From Elusimicrobiota bacterium (GTDB lineage: Bacteria > Elusimicrobiota > Endomicrobiia > Endomicrobiales > JBDRNC01): a DNA stretch of 64,000 nucleotides. Below, piece by piece: positions 38,756 through 48,425 of this stretch. The DNA lies in assembly GCA_043811535.1 (NCBI GenBank), contig JBDRNC010000017.1:160001-224000 (forward strand), given 5' to 3'. Within the stretch, counting starts at the first letter, position 1. Every line of letters starts with the position of its first letter. The translations under genes were made by a program, and so were the position numbers. The notes under the pieces were generated by a model. It did no database searches and was not told the origin of the DNA. It worked only from the letters and a program-made list of their open reading frames with translations.

Positions 38756-40603
38756 TTATTTAATCCATTCTTTTATGCGGCCGGCTATCTTTTCAGGCGT
38801 GAAACCGCACAGCTCGCGCAGGATCTTCTGGCTTCCGTGCTCAATGAATTTGTCAGGGATAGCAATGTGAAGTAATTCGATGTTTTTTCCGGCGATCAGC
38901 CCGCTTACCGATGACCCGAGCCCTCCGACCGCGGAGTTTTCTTCAATGACTACGGCCTTCTTCGATTTACTTGCCAGATTCAGCACGACTTCGTCGTCCA
39001 GCGGTTTCAAGTATCTCATATTAACGACGGCGCAATGGATGCCTGAAGCCTGAAGGATTTTCGCGGCGTCCATGGCGGGATGGACGGTATTGCCTATCGC
39101 GAATATGGAAACGTCCTTCCCTTCCATTTTTATTTCGGCTTTTCCAAAAGGCAGTTTTTTAAGAGTTACGTCAAGATTCACTCCGACCCCGGACCCGCGC
39201 GGGTAGCGTATTGCCGTCGGGCCGTTATGCAGGAGGGCGGTCTTGAGCATGTGCTGGAGCTCATTTTCGTCGGCAGGGGCCATAATCGCCAGATTCGGCA
39301 CGAAATTAAGGAAAGAAAGGTCAAACGCCCCTTGATGCGTCGCGCCGTCTTCGCCGACAATGCCCGCGCGGTCAACACAGATCACGACCGGGAGCTTCTG
39401 AAGGGCGATATCATGTATTATCTGATCCATGCCTCTCTGAAGAAACGTTGAATATATTGAGCAGACGGGTTTCATCCCTTCGGCGGCAAGACCGGCCGCG
39501 AAAGTAAGAGCGTGGCTTTCGGCTATGCCGACGTCAAAGAACCTTTCGGGGAATTCCTTGGCGAAAGAATCCATACCCGTTCCCGTAGACATCGCGGCCG
39601 TTATCGCCACTACTTTCGGATCGTCCGCCGCAAGTTTAACAAGAGTCTGTCCGAAGATTTGAGTGTAGCTCGGGATCTTCCCGGGCTGTTCCGTTTCGCC
39701 GGTAATGATATTGAACCTTCCGACTCCGTGGAAATCTATGGGATTGTCTTCCGCCGGCTGATAACCTTTCCCCTTTTTTGTGATTACGTGCAGGAGGATA
39801 GGCCCTTTCATCTGTCTGATGGCCGACAAGATCTCTATCATCTGGTGCAAGTCATGCCCGTCAACGGGCCCAATATACGCGAAACCCATTTCTTCGAAAA
39901 GCATTCCGGGGAATAGGAGCACTTTGAACCTTTTTGCGACGCGCAGCAGCGTTGAGCCCCAGAAATGAATGCGTTTAAAGAACGTTTCAACCGATTTCTC
40001 GAATTTTTTCAGCGTGCCGGCGGTAAGAAGTTTCGCGAGATACCCCGCGACAGCGCCTACCCTGTGCGAAATGAACATCTCGTTATCGTTGAGTATCACA
40101 AGCAGGTCTTTGCCCAGATGTCCGGCATTCTGCAACCCTTCAAACGCGAGCCCCCCGGTCATGGAGCCGTCTCCCAGTATAGCGATTACTTTATAATCCT
40201 CTTTTTTCAGGTCGCGCGCCGCGGCGATCCCGAGCGCCGCGGATATGGAAGTTGAAGAATGCCCTGCTCCGAAAGAATCATATTCCGATTCATCTCTTTT
40301 AGGGAACCCGCTTATCCCTTTATACGTGCGCAGAGTATGAAACTTGTCCCTGCGTCCGGTGATGATCTTGTGGGCGTACGACTGGTGCCCGACGTCCCAG
40401 ACGATTTTGTCTTTCGGCGCCTCAAAAACATAGTGCAGCGCGATCGTAAGCTCAACCGTTCCCAGGCTCGGAGCCAGATGGCCGCCCGTCTGCGAGACGG
40501 TCCGGATTATTTCGCCCCTGATTTCTTCGGCGAGCTGGGTTAGCAGCTCCCTTTTGATTATCCTGAGGTCCTGCGGTTTGTTGATCTTTTCCAACACTGA
40601 CAT
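38756..40603 (-). CDS. dxs: 1-deoxy-D-xylulose-5-phosphate synthase
   Basis: GGHLAPSLG, WDVGHQ, GDGSMTGG..NDN TPP motif, DRAGIVGEDGATHQG. Confidence 0.97.
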   Translation of the reverse strand: MSVLEKINKPQDLRIIKRELLTQLAEEIRGEIIRTVSQTGGHLAPSLGTVELTIALHYVFEAPKDKIVWDVGHQSYAHKIITGRRDKFHTLRTYKGISGFPKRDESEYDSFGAGHSSTSISAALGIAAARDLKKEDYKVIAILGDGSMTGGLAFEGLQNAGHLGKDLLVILNDNEMFISHRVGAVAGYLAKLLTAGTLKKFEKSVETFFKRIHFWGSTLLRVAKRFKVLLFPGMLFEEMGFAYIGPVDGHDLHQMIEILSAIRQMKGPILLHVITKKGKGYQPAEDNPIDFHGVGRFNIITGETEQPGKIPSYTQIFGQTLVKLAADDPKVVAITAAMSTGTGMDSFAKEFPERFFDVGIAESHALTFAAGLAAEGMKPVCSIYSTFLQRGMDQIIHDIALQKLPVVICVDRAGIVGEDGATHQGAFDLSFLNFVPNLAIMAPADENELQHMLKTALLHNGPTAIRYPRGSGVGVNLDVTLKKLPFGKAEIKMEGKDVSIFAIGNTVHPAMDAAKILQASGIHCAVVNMRYLKPLDDEVVLNLASKSKKAVVIEENSAVGGLGSSVSGLIAGKNIELLHIAIPDKFIEHGSQKILRELCGFTPEKIAGRIKEWIK

Positions 40604-40619
40604 AAGACTCCTGTTACAT

Positions 40620-40698
40620 CTTTAGTTTAAAGTTTAATGTTTAGAGAATAAAAACGCTTGAAATATTTTTTAACGTTAAACTTGAAACCTTAAACTAT
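40620..40698. repeat. Short-repeat inverted hairpin
   Basis: agtttaaagtttaatgttta ... aacgttaaacttgaaaccttaaact. Confidence 0.6.
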
Positions 40699-41598
40699 TT
40701 AGTACTGTCTTTTGATTATATAATCGGCAAGTTCCATGAGGATATCAGCGCGCCTCGCGCGCCTGCCGAAAATATTCAGCGCAGTCTTGGCCGCGTCAAC
40801 AGTCCTTGCGGCTTTCTTTCTGGATCCTTCGATTCCGAAAAGGGCCGGGTAAGTAAGCTTGTTATTCTTTCTGTCGCTTCCGCGTTTGCCCAGCAGTTTC
40901 TTGTCGGCCGTGATGTCCAGCACATCGTCGGCGATCTGGAACGCCAGCCCTATGTTTTCTCCGTATTTTTCAAGAGCCTTTTGTTTTCTTTTGCCGGCGC
41001 CCGACAGGACCGCGCCGATAAGCAAACTTGCTCTTATCAGGGCGGCGGTTTTATTTCTGTGTATATAGTCCAGACCTTTTACAATAAGTTTCCTGTTTTT
41101 ATTCCGCCAGTTGCCGGCTTCAACTGTGTCTTTCATCTGCCCGCCCACCATGCCGCGGTGTCCGGACGCTTTTGAAAGCATGCCCGAGGCCGCGACGACG
41201 CGCGACGGAGCGGTTTTTGCGCCGCAAAGGGTTATTAAATTGAAAGCTTCTGTCAGCAGAGCGTCGCCCGCGAGGATTGCGGTTGCTTCTCCGAATTTCT
41301 TGTGCGTCGTGGGTTTGCCGCGCCTCAGGTCATCGTCGTCCATCGCGGGCAGGTCGTCGTGCACGAGCGAATAGGTATGGATGAATTCTACGGCGCAGGC
41401 CGCCGGAAGTACGTCGGACTGTTTTCCGCCGCAAAGTTCGGCCCCGGCAATGACAAGAATCGGTCTCAGGCGCTTCCCGCCGGCGAATAGGGCGTAGCGC
41501 ATCGCCCTTTCAATGAGCGAATTGCCTTTCGGAGCGAATCTCTTTAGCGCCCTGTTTACAACCGCCGCTTGTGATTTTAAATATTTATTAAGGTCCAT
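40699..41598 (-). CDS. ispA: Farnesyl/geranylgeranyl diphosphate synthase
   Basis: GGKRLRP, HDDLPAMDDDDLRRG, FQIADDVLD. Confidence 0.93.
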   Translation of the reverse strand: MDLNKYLKSQAAVVNRALKRFAPKGNSLIERAMRYALFAGGKRLRPILVIAGAELCGGKQSDVLPAACAVEFIHTYSLVHDDLPAMDDDDLRRGKPTTHKKFGEATAILAGDALLTEAFNLITLCGAKTAPSRVVAASGMLSKASGHRGMVGGQMKDTVEAGNWRNKNRKLIVKGLDYIHRNKTAALIRASLLIGAVLSGAGKRKQKALEKYGENIGLAFQIADDVLDITADKKLLGKRGSDRKNNKLTYPALFGIEGSRKKAARTVDAAKTALNIFGRRARRADILMELADYIIKRQY

Positions 41599-41603
41599 AT
41601 AGA

Positions 41604-41671
41604 TAATTACAGATTAACTGCTCATACCATGGTTGTGAATATGTAATCTGTAATATGTAATTTGTAATTGA
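41604..41671. repeat. Heptamer-repeat inverted hairpin (ATTACAG type)
   Basis: taattacagatt ... atgtaat ctgtaat atgtaat ttgtaat. Confidence 0.7.
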
Positions 41672-41941
41672 TTAAAATAGTTCTTTTTTCCCGTTTCCTC
41701 CGTCATTTTCGGTATCGAACGGCTCGGACGCGAGCTTGCCGCCTTTTTTGACGAGGATTTCCACTTTTTTCTTGGATTCTTCAAGTTTTTCCTGGCAGAA
41801 CCTGACTAGCTTGATGCCTTCTTCAAAAAGAATCAGCGATTTGTCCAGGTCAACGTCTTGCTCCATCTTTTGAACGATTTCTTCAAGTCGTTTAAGGGCG
41901 TCTTCGAATTTCATGGTTTCCTGTCTGGTGTTCTTTGTCAT
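41672..41941 (-). CDS. xseB: Exodeoxyribonuclease VII small subunit
   Basis: FEDALKRLEEIV..LDKSLILFEEGIKL. Confidence 0.93.
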   Translation of the reverse strand: MTKNTRQETMKFEDALKRLEEIVQKMEQDVDLDKSLILFEEGIKLVRFCQEKLEESKKKVEILVKKGGKLASEPFDTENDGGNGKKELF

Positions 41942-41953
41942 AAACCACTCCCG

Positions 41954-43159
41954 TCAGTTAATGTCTTCTATCTTTCCGGTAAATTCGCCTTTGGAAAGTT
42001 TTACTTTAACCCTGTCGCCGGATTTAAGTATTTTCGTGTCAGTTAAAATGAGGTTCTCGGGGTCTTTCCAGCAGATCGAATATCCGCGTGAAAGCGTACT
42101 CAGCGGCGACAGCAGATTCAGTTTCTCGGAAAGCAGCCTGTAATTGTTTTCGCGGAGTTCGATTATTCTCGCGCTGGAATCGTTCAGCCTTTCAAGCATG
42201 TCGTCGATATCCCTTTTGCGGTCTTCAAAAATTTCGTGTGGCCTTGTCAGCGCCCTGCTGTCCGCGAAATACTTTAGTTTTTCGATCGCGGCGGAAATTA
42301 TGAAGTCCATCTTGCTGCGCAGCCGCCTGTCCAGATTTGATATTTTATCGGCGAGTTCGGATTTGTTCCTTACTACGAGTTCGGCCGCCGCCGAGGGCGT
42401 CGGCGCCCTGAGATCGGCGACAAAATCGGCTATCGTAAAATCAATTTCATGCCCGACGCAGGATATTATGGGTATGTCCGAAGACGCGATAGCCCTTGCC
42501 ACAATTTCTTCGTTAAAGGCCCAGAGGTCCTCTATCGAGCCGCCTCCGCGGCCGACAAGCAGCACGTCAAGTTCTTGATGATTGGCGTTCAGGTATTCTA
42601 TGGCCTGCGAAATCTCGAATTTCGCTGTTTCGCCCTGGACCTGGACCGGATAGAGCAGTATCTCTACGTTGGCGAATCTCCGGTTTATTACGGTCAATAT
42701 ATCCTTGATCGCGGCGCCCGTCGGGGATGTCACTATGCCTATCTTCTGCGGAAGTGCCGGTATGGGCCTTTTTCTTTTCTGCTCGAACAGCCCTTCATTC
42801 TCAAGTTTTTCTTTCAGCTGTTCAAACGCGAGCTGCAGGGCTCCCTTGCCGGCGGGCTCCATGTATGAGATAATGAGCTGGTATTTCCCCTGGTAAGTGG
42901 AGACCTTGCCGCGGGCCAGCACCTTCAACCCGTCTTCGATCTTGAATTTGAAAGAACGGTTTATTCCCTGGAATATCGCCGCGGGCAACTGCGAGCCGGC
43001 GTCCTTGAGAGACAGGTACATGTGCCCCGAGGCGGAGTGAAGCTTGAAGTTCGACACTTCCCCTTCAACCCAGACATCGGGATACGTGCCTTCAAGGATC
43101 GCTTTGATCTCTTTGCTTATTTCGCTTACGGAGTAGATTATTCTGCCGTCTGGATTCAT
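41954..43159 (-). CDS. xseA: Exodeoxyribonuclease VII large subunit
   Basis: WVEGEVSNF, SGHMYLSLKD, RGGGSIEDLWAFN, TPSAAAE. Confidence 0.96.
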   Translation of the reverse strand: MNPDGRIIYSVSEISKEIKAILEGTYPDVWVEGEVSNFKLHSASGHMYLSLKDAGSQLPAAIFQGINRSFKFKIEDGLKVLARGKVSTYQGKYQLIISYMEPAGKGALQLAFEQLKEKLENEGLFEQKRKRPIPALPQKIGIVTSPTGAAIKDILTVINRRFANVEILLYPVQVQGETAKFEISQAIEYLNANHQELDVLLVGRGGGSIEDLWAFNEEIVARAIASSDIPIISCVGHEIDFTIADFVADLRAPTPSAAAELVVRNKSELADKISNLDRRLRSKMDFIISAAIEKLKYFADSRALTRPHEIFEDRKRDIDDMLERLNDSSARIIELRENNYRLLSEKLNLLSPLSTLSRGYSICWKDPENLILTDTKILKSGDRVKVKLSKGEFTGKIEDIN

Positions 43160-43167
43160 ATAAAAAT

Positions 43168-43253
43168 TGAGTAATGTGAAATGTTAGATGTGTAATGAAT
43201 ACTACATGGAACACTTGGTTTCATTAAACATTACACATAAAACATCAAACATT
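43168..43253. repeat. Heptamer-repeat inverted hairpin (ATTACAC type)
   Basis: tgagtaa tgtgaaa tgttaga tgtgtaa tgaa ... ttcattaaacattacac. Confidence 0.75.
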
Positions 43254-43256
43254 GTT

Positions 43257-44030
43257 CTAATTCAGGCTGAACCTGCTTATCTTTAAAGCCTTCCCGTCAT
43301 TTTCGTTTATTTCTACCACGCAGCCCTGCATCACCGCGGGCCCTTTTGACACAACGAAATGCTGAGGTATGCCGGTAAGATATTTCTTGATGATTATTTC
43401 CTTGTCCATTCCTATCACGCCGTCGGCCGGCCCGGTCATGCCGGAATCCGAGATATAGGCTGTCCCGCCCGGGAGTATACTTTCGTCTGCTGTCGGGATG
43501 TGCGTGTGAGTCCCTATAACCGCTGAGACGCGTCCGTCGAGATACCATCCCATCGTTTGTTTTTCAGAAGTTATTTCGGCGTGGAAATCGACAATGATAT
43601 TCTTCGTTTCCTTGTTAATTATTTCAAGGAGCTCATTGGCGGACCTGAAGGGGTCGTCGATAATAGGCATGTAGACACGCCCCATAAGATTTACGACAGC
43701 GGCCTTTTTTCCGTTTTTAGCGGTGTAGATATTCCATCCGCGCCCGGGCACGTTCGGAGGGTAATTCGCGGGGCGCAGGACTTTCGGATTTTCTATGGCG
43801 GTGTCTATTTCTTTCCTGTCAAAAGTGTGGTTTCCTAGGGTCAGGACGTCTATCCCGAGCCCGAAAAGCTCGCCTGCAATAGAGCCGGTCAATCCTTTCC
43901 CTCCCGCGGAGTTCTCGGCGTTGGCGATAACGAAGTCCGGGTTCTCCCGGCTCACAAGGCCGGGAAGCGTTTTGGCGATTATTCCCCGTCCCGGTTCTCC
44001 GACAATATCAGCAATAAAAATTATCTTCAT
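43257..44030 (-). CDS. ymdB: YmdB-like metallophosphoesterase
   Basis: DIVGEPGR, NAEN, GNH, DFHAE, GTHTH; downstream of rny. Confidence 0.92.
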   Translation of the reverse strand: MKIIFIADIVGEPGRGIIAKTLPGLVSRENPDFVIANAENSAGGKGLTGSIAGELFGLGIDVLTLGNHTFDRKEIDTAIENPKVLRPANYPPNVPGRGWNIYTAKNGKKAAVVNLMGRVYMPIIDDPFRSANELLEIINKETKNIIVDFHAEITSEKQTMGWYLDGRVSAVIGTHTHIPTADESILPGGTAYISDSGMTGPADGVIGMDKEIIIKKYLTGIPQHFVVSKGPAVMQGCVVEINENDGKALKISRFSLN

Positions 44031-44037
44031 AATTTTT

Positions 44038-44112
44038 AGAACGAAGACAGAAGAATGAAGAAGGAAGCTGACAAAACTTTTTACTTCCGTCTTCCATCTT
44101 CCCTCTTCCGTC
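44038..44112. repeat. Heptamer-repeat inverted hairpin (GAAG-rich)
   Basis: gaagaca gaagaat gaagaag gaag ... cttccgt cttccat cttccct cttccgt. Confidence 0.75.
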
Positions 44113-45668
44113 TATTTTGCCACATCCTGCGCCCTGACTTCGCGTATCACGGTTATCTTGATCTGGCCCGGGTATTCAAGTTCCTGCTCTACTTTTTTGG
44201 CTACATCCCGCGCCAAAAGCTGAGCTCCCTGGTCGTCCACGTCTTCAGGCTCAACGAGGATCCTTATTTCGCGGCCGGCCTGTATCGCGTAAGCGGATGT
44301 GACGCCCCTGAACGTCGTTGCCAGTTTTTCAAGTTTCTCAAGGCGTTTCAAGTAATGTTCGATGGATTCGCGTCTCGCCCCGGGACGCGCTGCCGAGATT
44401 GCGTCAGCGGCTGCAACTATGAATGCTTCGACGCTTTGCGGTTCCGCGATGCCTTCGTGATGCGAAAGGATCGCGTTTATCATTTTCGGGGATTCGCCGT
44501 ATTTCTGCGCGACGTCCGCCGAGAGCTGGTGGTGAGTGCCTTCCACTTCGTGGTCCACGGCTTTGCCCACGTCGTGCATAAGCGCCGCTCTCTTGCAGAA
44601 GTTTATATCGGCCCTGAGCTCGCCTGCGATGGCGCCGGCGAGCCACGTTACTTCAAGCGTGTGCTGAAGCTGGTTCTGCCCGTACGAAGTGCGGTATTTC
44701 AATTTTCCGAGGAGTTTGAGTATTTCCGGGTGAAGTCCCGGTATGCCCGCTTCAATTGCCGCTTGCTCGCCTATTTCCTTCAGGGTGTTATCCATCTCTT
44801 TTTTGACTTTTTCCACGATTTCTTCGATGCGCGTCGGATGTATCCTTCCGTCGGTAATGAGCCGTTGCATCGATATCTTTGCGATCTCGCGCCTAACGCC
44901 GTCAAACGCGGATATCGTTATCGCTTCGGGCGTGTCGTCAATAATGACATCTACTCCGGTTGCCTGTTCGAAAGCGCGGATGTTCCTGCCTTCGCGCCCT
45001 ATGACGCGCCCTTTCATTTCGTCGTTTACAATAGGAACCGTGGTTGTCGTGATGTCGGCGGTGTGCTCCGCAGCGACGCGTTGTATGGCGATGGATAATA
45101 TTTCCTTGGATTTTTTATCCGCGGTTTCTCTCGCTTCCTGCTCGAGTCTTTTGATTATGATCGCGGCTTCCTTCCTGGCCTCATCCTCAAGCGTCTGAAT
45201 GAGCACCTTCTTGGCCTCTTCAGCGGTCATTCCCGCTACGCGCTCGAGGATCTTTGTCTGTTCTTCGCGCGTTCTAAGCACTGCCCGCTTTTCGTCTTCA
45301 AGCGACTGGTCCTTGGCCTTCAGATTCCGTTCGGCCTGCTGCAGTTCCTTCTCTTTTTTGTCCAGGATATCAAGTTTTCTCTCGAGATTTTCCTCTTTTT
45401 GATTGAGCCGTCGTTCAAAGTTCTGCTGTTCCTGCCTGCGCTCGCGCGTTTCACGTTCGAATTCGCGGCGCTCCCGTTCCATTACTTCCTTGACCTCAAG
45501 AAGCCCTTCTTTCTTTTTATTCTCAGCGGAGGCTCTAGCTTCGTCTATAAGGCGCTGGGCAGTTCGTTCGGCTGACTTCATCTGCGTTTTCGCGTACATC
45601 ATGCGCGCGAAATAGCCTAACACGATGCCCAGAAAGGAGACTGCGATAATAATCAGGTAGATGCTCAT
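44112..45668 (-). CDS. rny: Ribonuclease Y
   Basis: N-terminal TM, coiled coil, KH ([13 protein letters not shown]), HD domain (LMHDVGKA). Confidence 0.97.
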   Translation of the reverse strand: MSIYLIIIAVSFLGIVLGYFARMMYAKTQMKSAERTAQRLIDEARASAENKKKEGLLEVKEVMERERREFERETRERRQEQQNFERRLNQKEENLERKLDILDKKEKELQQAERNLKAKDQSLEDEKRAVLRTREEQTKILERVAGMTAEEAKKVLIQTLEDEARKEAAIIIKRLEQEARETADKKSKEILSIAIQRVAAEHTADITTTTVPIVNDEMKGRVIGREGRNIRAFEQATGVDVIIDDTPEAITISAFDGVRREIAKISMQRLITDGRIHPTRIEEIVEKVKKEMDNTLKEIGEQAAIEAGIPGLHPEILKLLGKLKYRTSYGQNQLQHTLEVTWLAGAIAGELRADINFCKRAALMHDVGKAVDHEVEGTHHQLSADVAQKYGESPKMINAILSHHEGIAEPQSVEAFIVAAADAISAARPGARRESIEHYLKRLEKLEKLATTFRGVTSAYAIQAGREIRILVEPEDVDDQGAQLLARDVAKKVEQELEYPGQIKITVIREVRAQDVAK

Positions 45669-45699
45669 TTCTTTGATACTCCTTTCGTTTATTACATGC

Positions 45700-46341
45700 T
45701 CATTTCTTTTTCGTCTGGCCCGCGCGGATTACCCTTTTGTCGGTTATTATCAATCCTACGGGAGTGTCGCTTTCGGTTTTAGGAAGGCGTTTGATGACCT
45801 GGAAATCAAAACATGCGCCGACCCTTTTTTCTTTTCTGAATTTTTTAAGCCACTTGTCGTAATAACCCTTGCCGTATCCAAGCCTGTGCCCGCTTTCGTC
45901 AAAAGCGAGCCCCGGTACTATGACAATATCGATCTTTGACGCTTTGATGACAGGACATGCGCCTGATTTAGGCTCGCGGATACCGTAAGCGCACGCTTCA
46001 AGATCATTTTCAACGGAATTCAAAACGAACGCGCAGACTTCTCCGGACACAATATCCACTTTCGGAACCGCGACCTTCTTTCCGTCGCGCCATGCCTGAG
46101 ATATCATCGGTTCAGTGAATATCTCCGAGCCGTGCGTCATGGAAAACATTATGACGCGCGCGTTTTCGTACAGCTTTGTAGCACACAGTTTTTCTGTGAT
46201 CCTGGAACTCCTCATCATTCTGGCGCTCGGCGTCAGCGCGTTCCTCTGTTCCAGGAATTTCTTTCTAAGATCTCTTTTTGTTTCCGAGATCCGACAGTCT
46301 TTTCTTGATCTGGGCTTCAAAGCCCTCTTCTGTTGGCTCAT
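45700..46341 (-). CDS. 5-formyltetrahydrofolate cyclo-ligase
   Basis: [24 protein letters not shown]; start uncertain (overlaps the rarA end). Confidence 0.88.
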   Translation of the reverse strand: MSQQKRALKPRSRKDCRISETKRDLRKKFLEQRNALTPSARMMRSSRITEKLCATKLYENARVIMFSMTHGSEIFTEPMISQAWRDGKKVAVPKVDIVSGEVCAFVLNSVENDLEACAYGIREPKSGACPVIKASKIDIVIVPGLAFDESGHRLGYGKGYYDKWLKKFRKEKRVGACFDFQVIKRLPKTESDTPVGLIITDKRVIRAGQTKKK

Positions 46342-47596
46342 AGAATTTTTTTGGGTTAGGCCAGTATTCCTGTGCTACAAAATGTCCTGGGAAGCTGTGC
46401 GGGTATTTATACCCGACACCGTGGCCGCGTTTTCCCTCTCCATCGAGATTTGCGTCTTTAAGATGATCAGGCACCTGGCGCGGAGCTGAGTTCCTGGCTT
46501 CATGCAGCGCTCTCTCTATCGCGAGATAAGCAGCGTTTGATTTAGGCGCCGCGGCTATGTAAGTCGCGGCCTGAGCGAGCGGTATTCTTGCTTCAGGCAT
46601 GCCGACGAATTCCACGGCGTCAAGAGCCGCCGTTGCTACGACAAGCGCGTCCGGATCCGCGTTGCCCACGTCTTCCGACGCGCAGATGACTATTCTTCTG
46701 GCGATGAAGCGCGGGTCTTCTCCTGCCGCGAGCATCTTCGCCATCCAGTAAAGAGCCGCGTCGGGGTCAGAGCCGCGCATCGATTTTATGAACGCGGAAA
46801 TGTGATCGTAATGCTCGTCGCCGGATTTATCGTAAAGCAATATCTTTTTCTGGAGGGATTCTTCGGCGACCTTAAAATCAAAATTAACGGCGCCGTCGGC
46901 GGACGGTTTCGTGGAAAGGACTCCTATCTCAATTGCGTTTAAAAGACGCCGCGCGTCCCCTCCCGAGTTTTTGATGAGATGTTCAGCCGCTTCTTTCTGA
47001 AGCTTGATCTTATGATTCCCGAAACCGTTTTCGGCGTTATTAAGCGCGTTTTCCAGTATCTGTCCGAGGTCTTTTTCCGATAACGGTTTGAATTCGAACA
47101 GTACTGATCTGGAAATAAGCGCAGAGTTTACGTAAAAATACGGGTTCTCGGTCGTGATACCTATGAGCGTGATTATCCCCTTTTCAACATCGGGGAGAAG
47201 AGCGTCCTGCTGGGTTTTGTTGAAGTGGTGTATTTCGTCAAGGAGAAGGGTTGTTTTCTGGGAAGAGATATTGAGCCTTGATTTTGCGGCTTCGACTATC
47301 TTGCGTATGTCGTTAACGCCTATAGTCACGGCATTGGTCTCTTCGAAATGCGACCGCGTTTTTCTTGCGATAATCCTGGCCAGCGCGCTCTTTCCGGTCC
47401 CGGGAGGGCCGTAAAAGATGACGGAACCGAGCCTGTCGGATTCTATCGCGCGCCTGAGCATCATCCCCTGCTCCAGTATGTGTGACTGGCCCGCGAAACC
47501 CTCAAGGGATTTCGGCGTCATCCTGAACGCCAGCGGTATATGTTCAATGTTTGATTTGGCGGTCTTTGAGAAAAAATCCGTCTGTTTCAAGTTCAT
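46265..47596 (-). CDS. rarA: Replication-associated recombination protein A
   Basis: GPPGTGKS, DEIHHF, ISAFIKSMRGSDPDAA, SEDVGNADP; start ATG 47596. Confidence 0.95.
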   Translation of the reverse strand: MNLKQTDFFSKTAKSNIEHIPLAFRMTPKSLEGFAGQSHILEQGMMLRRAIESDRLGSVIFYGPPGTGKSALARIIARKTRSHFEETNAVTIGVNDIRKIVEAAKSRLNISSQKTTLLLDEIHHFNKTQQDALLPDVEKGIITLIGITTENPYFYVNSALISRSVLFEFKPLSEKDLGQILENALNNAENGFGNHKIKLQKEAAEHLIKNSGGDARRLLNAIEIGVLSTKPSADGAVNFDFKVAEESLQKKILLYDKSGDEHYDHISAFIKSMRGSDPDAALYWMAKMLAAGEDPRFIARRIVICASEDVGNADPDALVVATAALDAVEFVGMPEARIPLAQAATYIAAAPKSNAAYLAIERALHEARNSAPRQVPDHLKDANLDGEGKRGHGVGYKYPHSFPGHFVAQEYWPNPKKFYEPTEEGFEAQIKKRLSDLGNKKRS

Positions 47597-47616
47597 ATAT
47601 TTAGAATATAGAGTTA

Positions 47617-47710
47617 ATCCATCTCCGTCCCACACAGCGGGACTGCGGCGGATTTCGGTTTGATGTGGACGTCTTATTCAAATGCCCGATAAATCGGGCA
47701 GAACCTCAAA
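47617..47710. repeat. ~92-bp dispersed palindromic element, copy A
   Basis: Aligns with 54647-54738 and 57439-57531 (cggcggatttc..cttattcaaatgc..gcaga.c.tcaa). Confidence 0.85.
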
Positions 47711-47713
47711 AAA

Positions 47714-47791
47714 ATCCCTGCAATACCGAAACCGTAATGCTGAAAGCCCGGAAGGGTTTTCACCGCTAAGGTTTATCGACACTGCAGGGAT
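47714..47791 (-). ncRNA. Putative 6S-like rod RNA (unusually short), or attenuator/terminator
   Basis: 78-nt bulged hairpin ATCCCTGCAGTGTCG...CGGTATTGCAGGGAT directly downstream of zapA, where ssrS commonly lies. Confidence 0.45.
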
Positions 47792-47816
47792 AAAAAACAG
47801 AGAACGGGCCTGTAAC

Positions 47817-48101
47817 TCAGGCCGTCAATACTTCATCCAGCACCCTGATAAAATCGTCCGCTTTCTTATCCAAAATGCCTGAAACGCTTTCTTTTGATTC
47901 TTTCAGGCGAAAAAGTTCATCAGCGATGTTCAAAGCCGCTAAAATCGCCAATTTCTGCGTGTCAACGATACCGGTGTCTCTCTGGACTTCCGCCAGCTTG
48001 TCTTCGACATGCTGAGCCAAAGAATAGACATGAAGCTCGTCGCCGGGAGCTACTTCGACTTCGTATATGTGTCCGAGGATATTTACGGGAACCTTGTTCA
48101 T
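47817..48101 (-). CDS. zapA: Cell division protein ZapA
   Basis: VNILGHIY, KLAILAALNIADEL. Confidence 0.9.
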   Translation of the reverse strand: MNKVPVNILGHIYEVEVAPGDELHVYSLAQHVEDKLAEVQRDTGIVDTQKLAILAALNIADELFRLKESKESVSGILDKKADDFIRVLDEVLTA

Positions 48102-48331
48102 TGCTGGATTTGGGCTACGTTCAATTTCTTTAGCAGCTTCTCTATCCTCGCAGATACGGTCCTGCGTTCCTCTTTGAACGTTTCATTCTCTCTTAAAGTA
48201 ACGTGCACTTTTTTTTGTTCGTTCTGAAGAAAAGCAAACTCTGCCTCCAACTTCTTGTTCTGCTCGCGGAGACGTAGTATCTGTTCTGCTGCTTGCCTTA
48301 TCTTTCTTTCCAGAATATCTATCTTATCCAC
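48098..48331 (-). CDS. zapB: Cell division protein ZapB-like coiled coil
   Basis: 77-aa coiled coil (LERKIRQAAEQI), ATGA overlap with zapA, GTG start. Confidence 0.7.
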   Translation of the reverse strand: MDKIDILERKIRQAAEQILRLREQNKKLEAEFAFLQNEQKKVHVTLRENETFKEERRTVSARIEKLLKKLNVAQIQQ

Positions 48332-48337
48332 AACTTA

Positions 48338-48366
48338 ATTTTATAACAAAAACAGGCGTATGTCAA
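48338..48366 (-). promoter_or_regulatory. Promoter of zapB-zapA
   Basis: TTGACA (48361-48366), 17 bp, TAAAAT (48338-48343). Confidence 0.7.
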
Positions 48367-48425
48367 GTGTTGAATTGCATGATTTTGTTATGATTTTTTC
48401 GTAAATGATAAGAAATGACTTGAAG

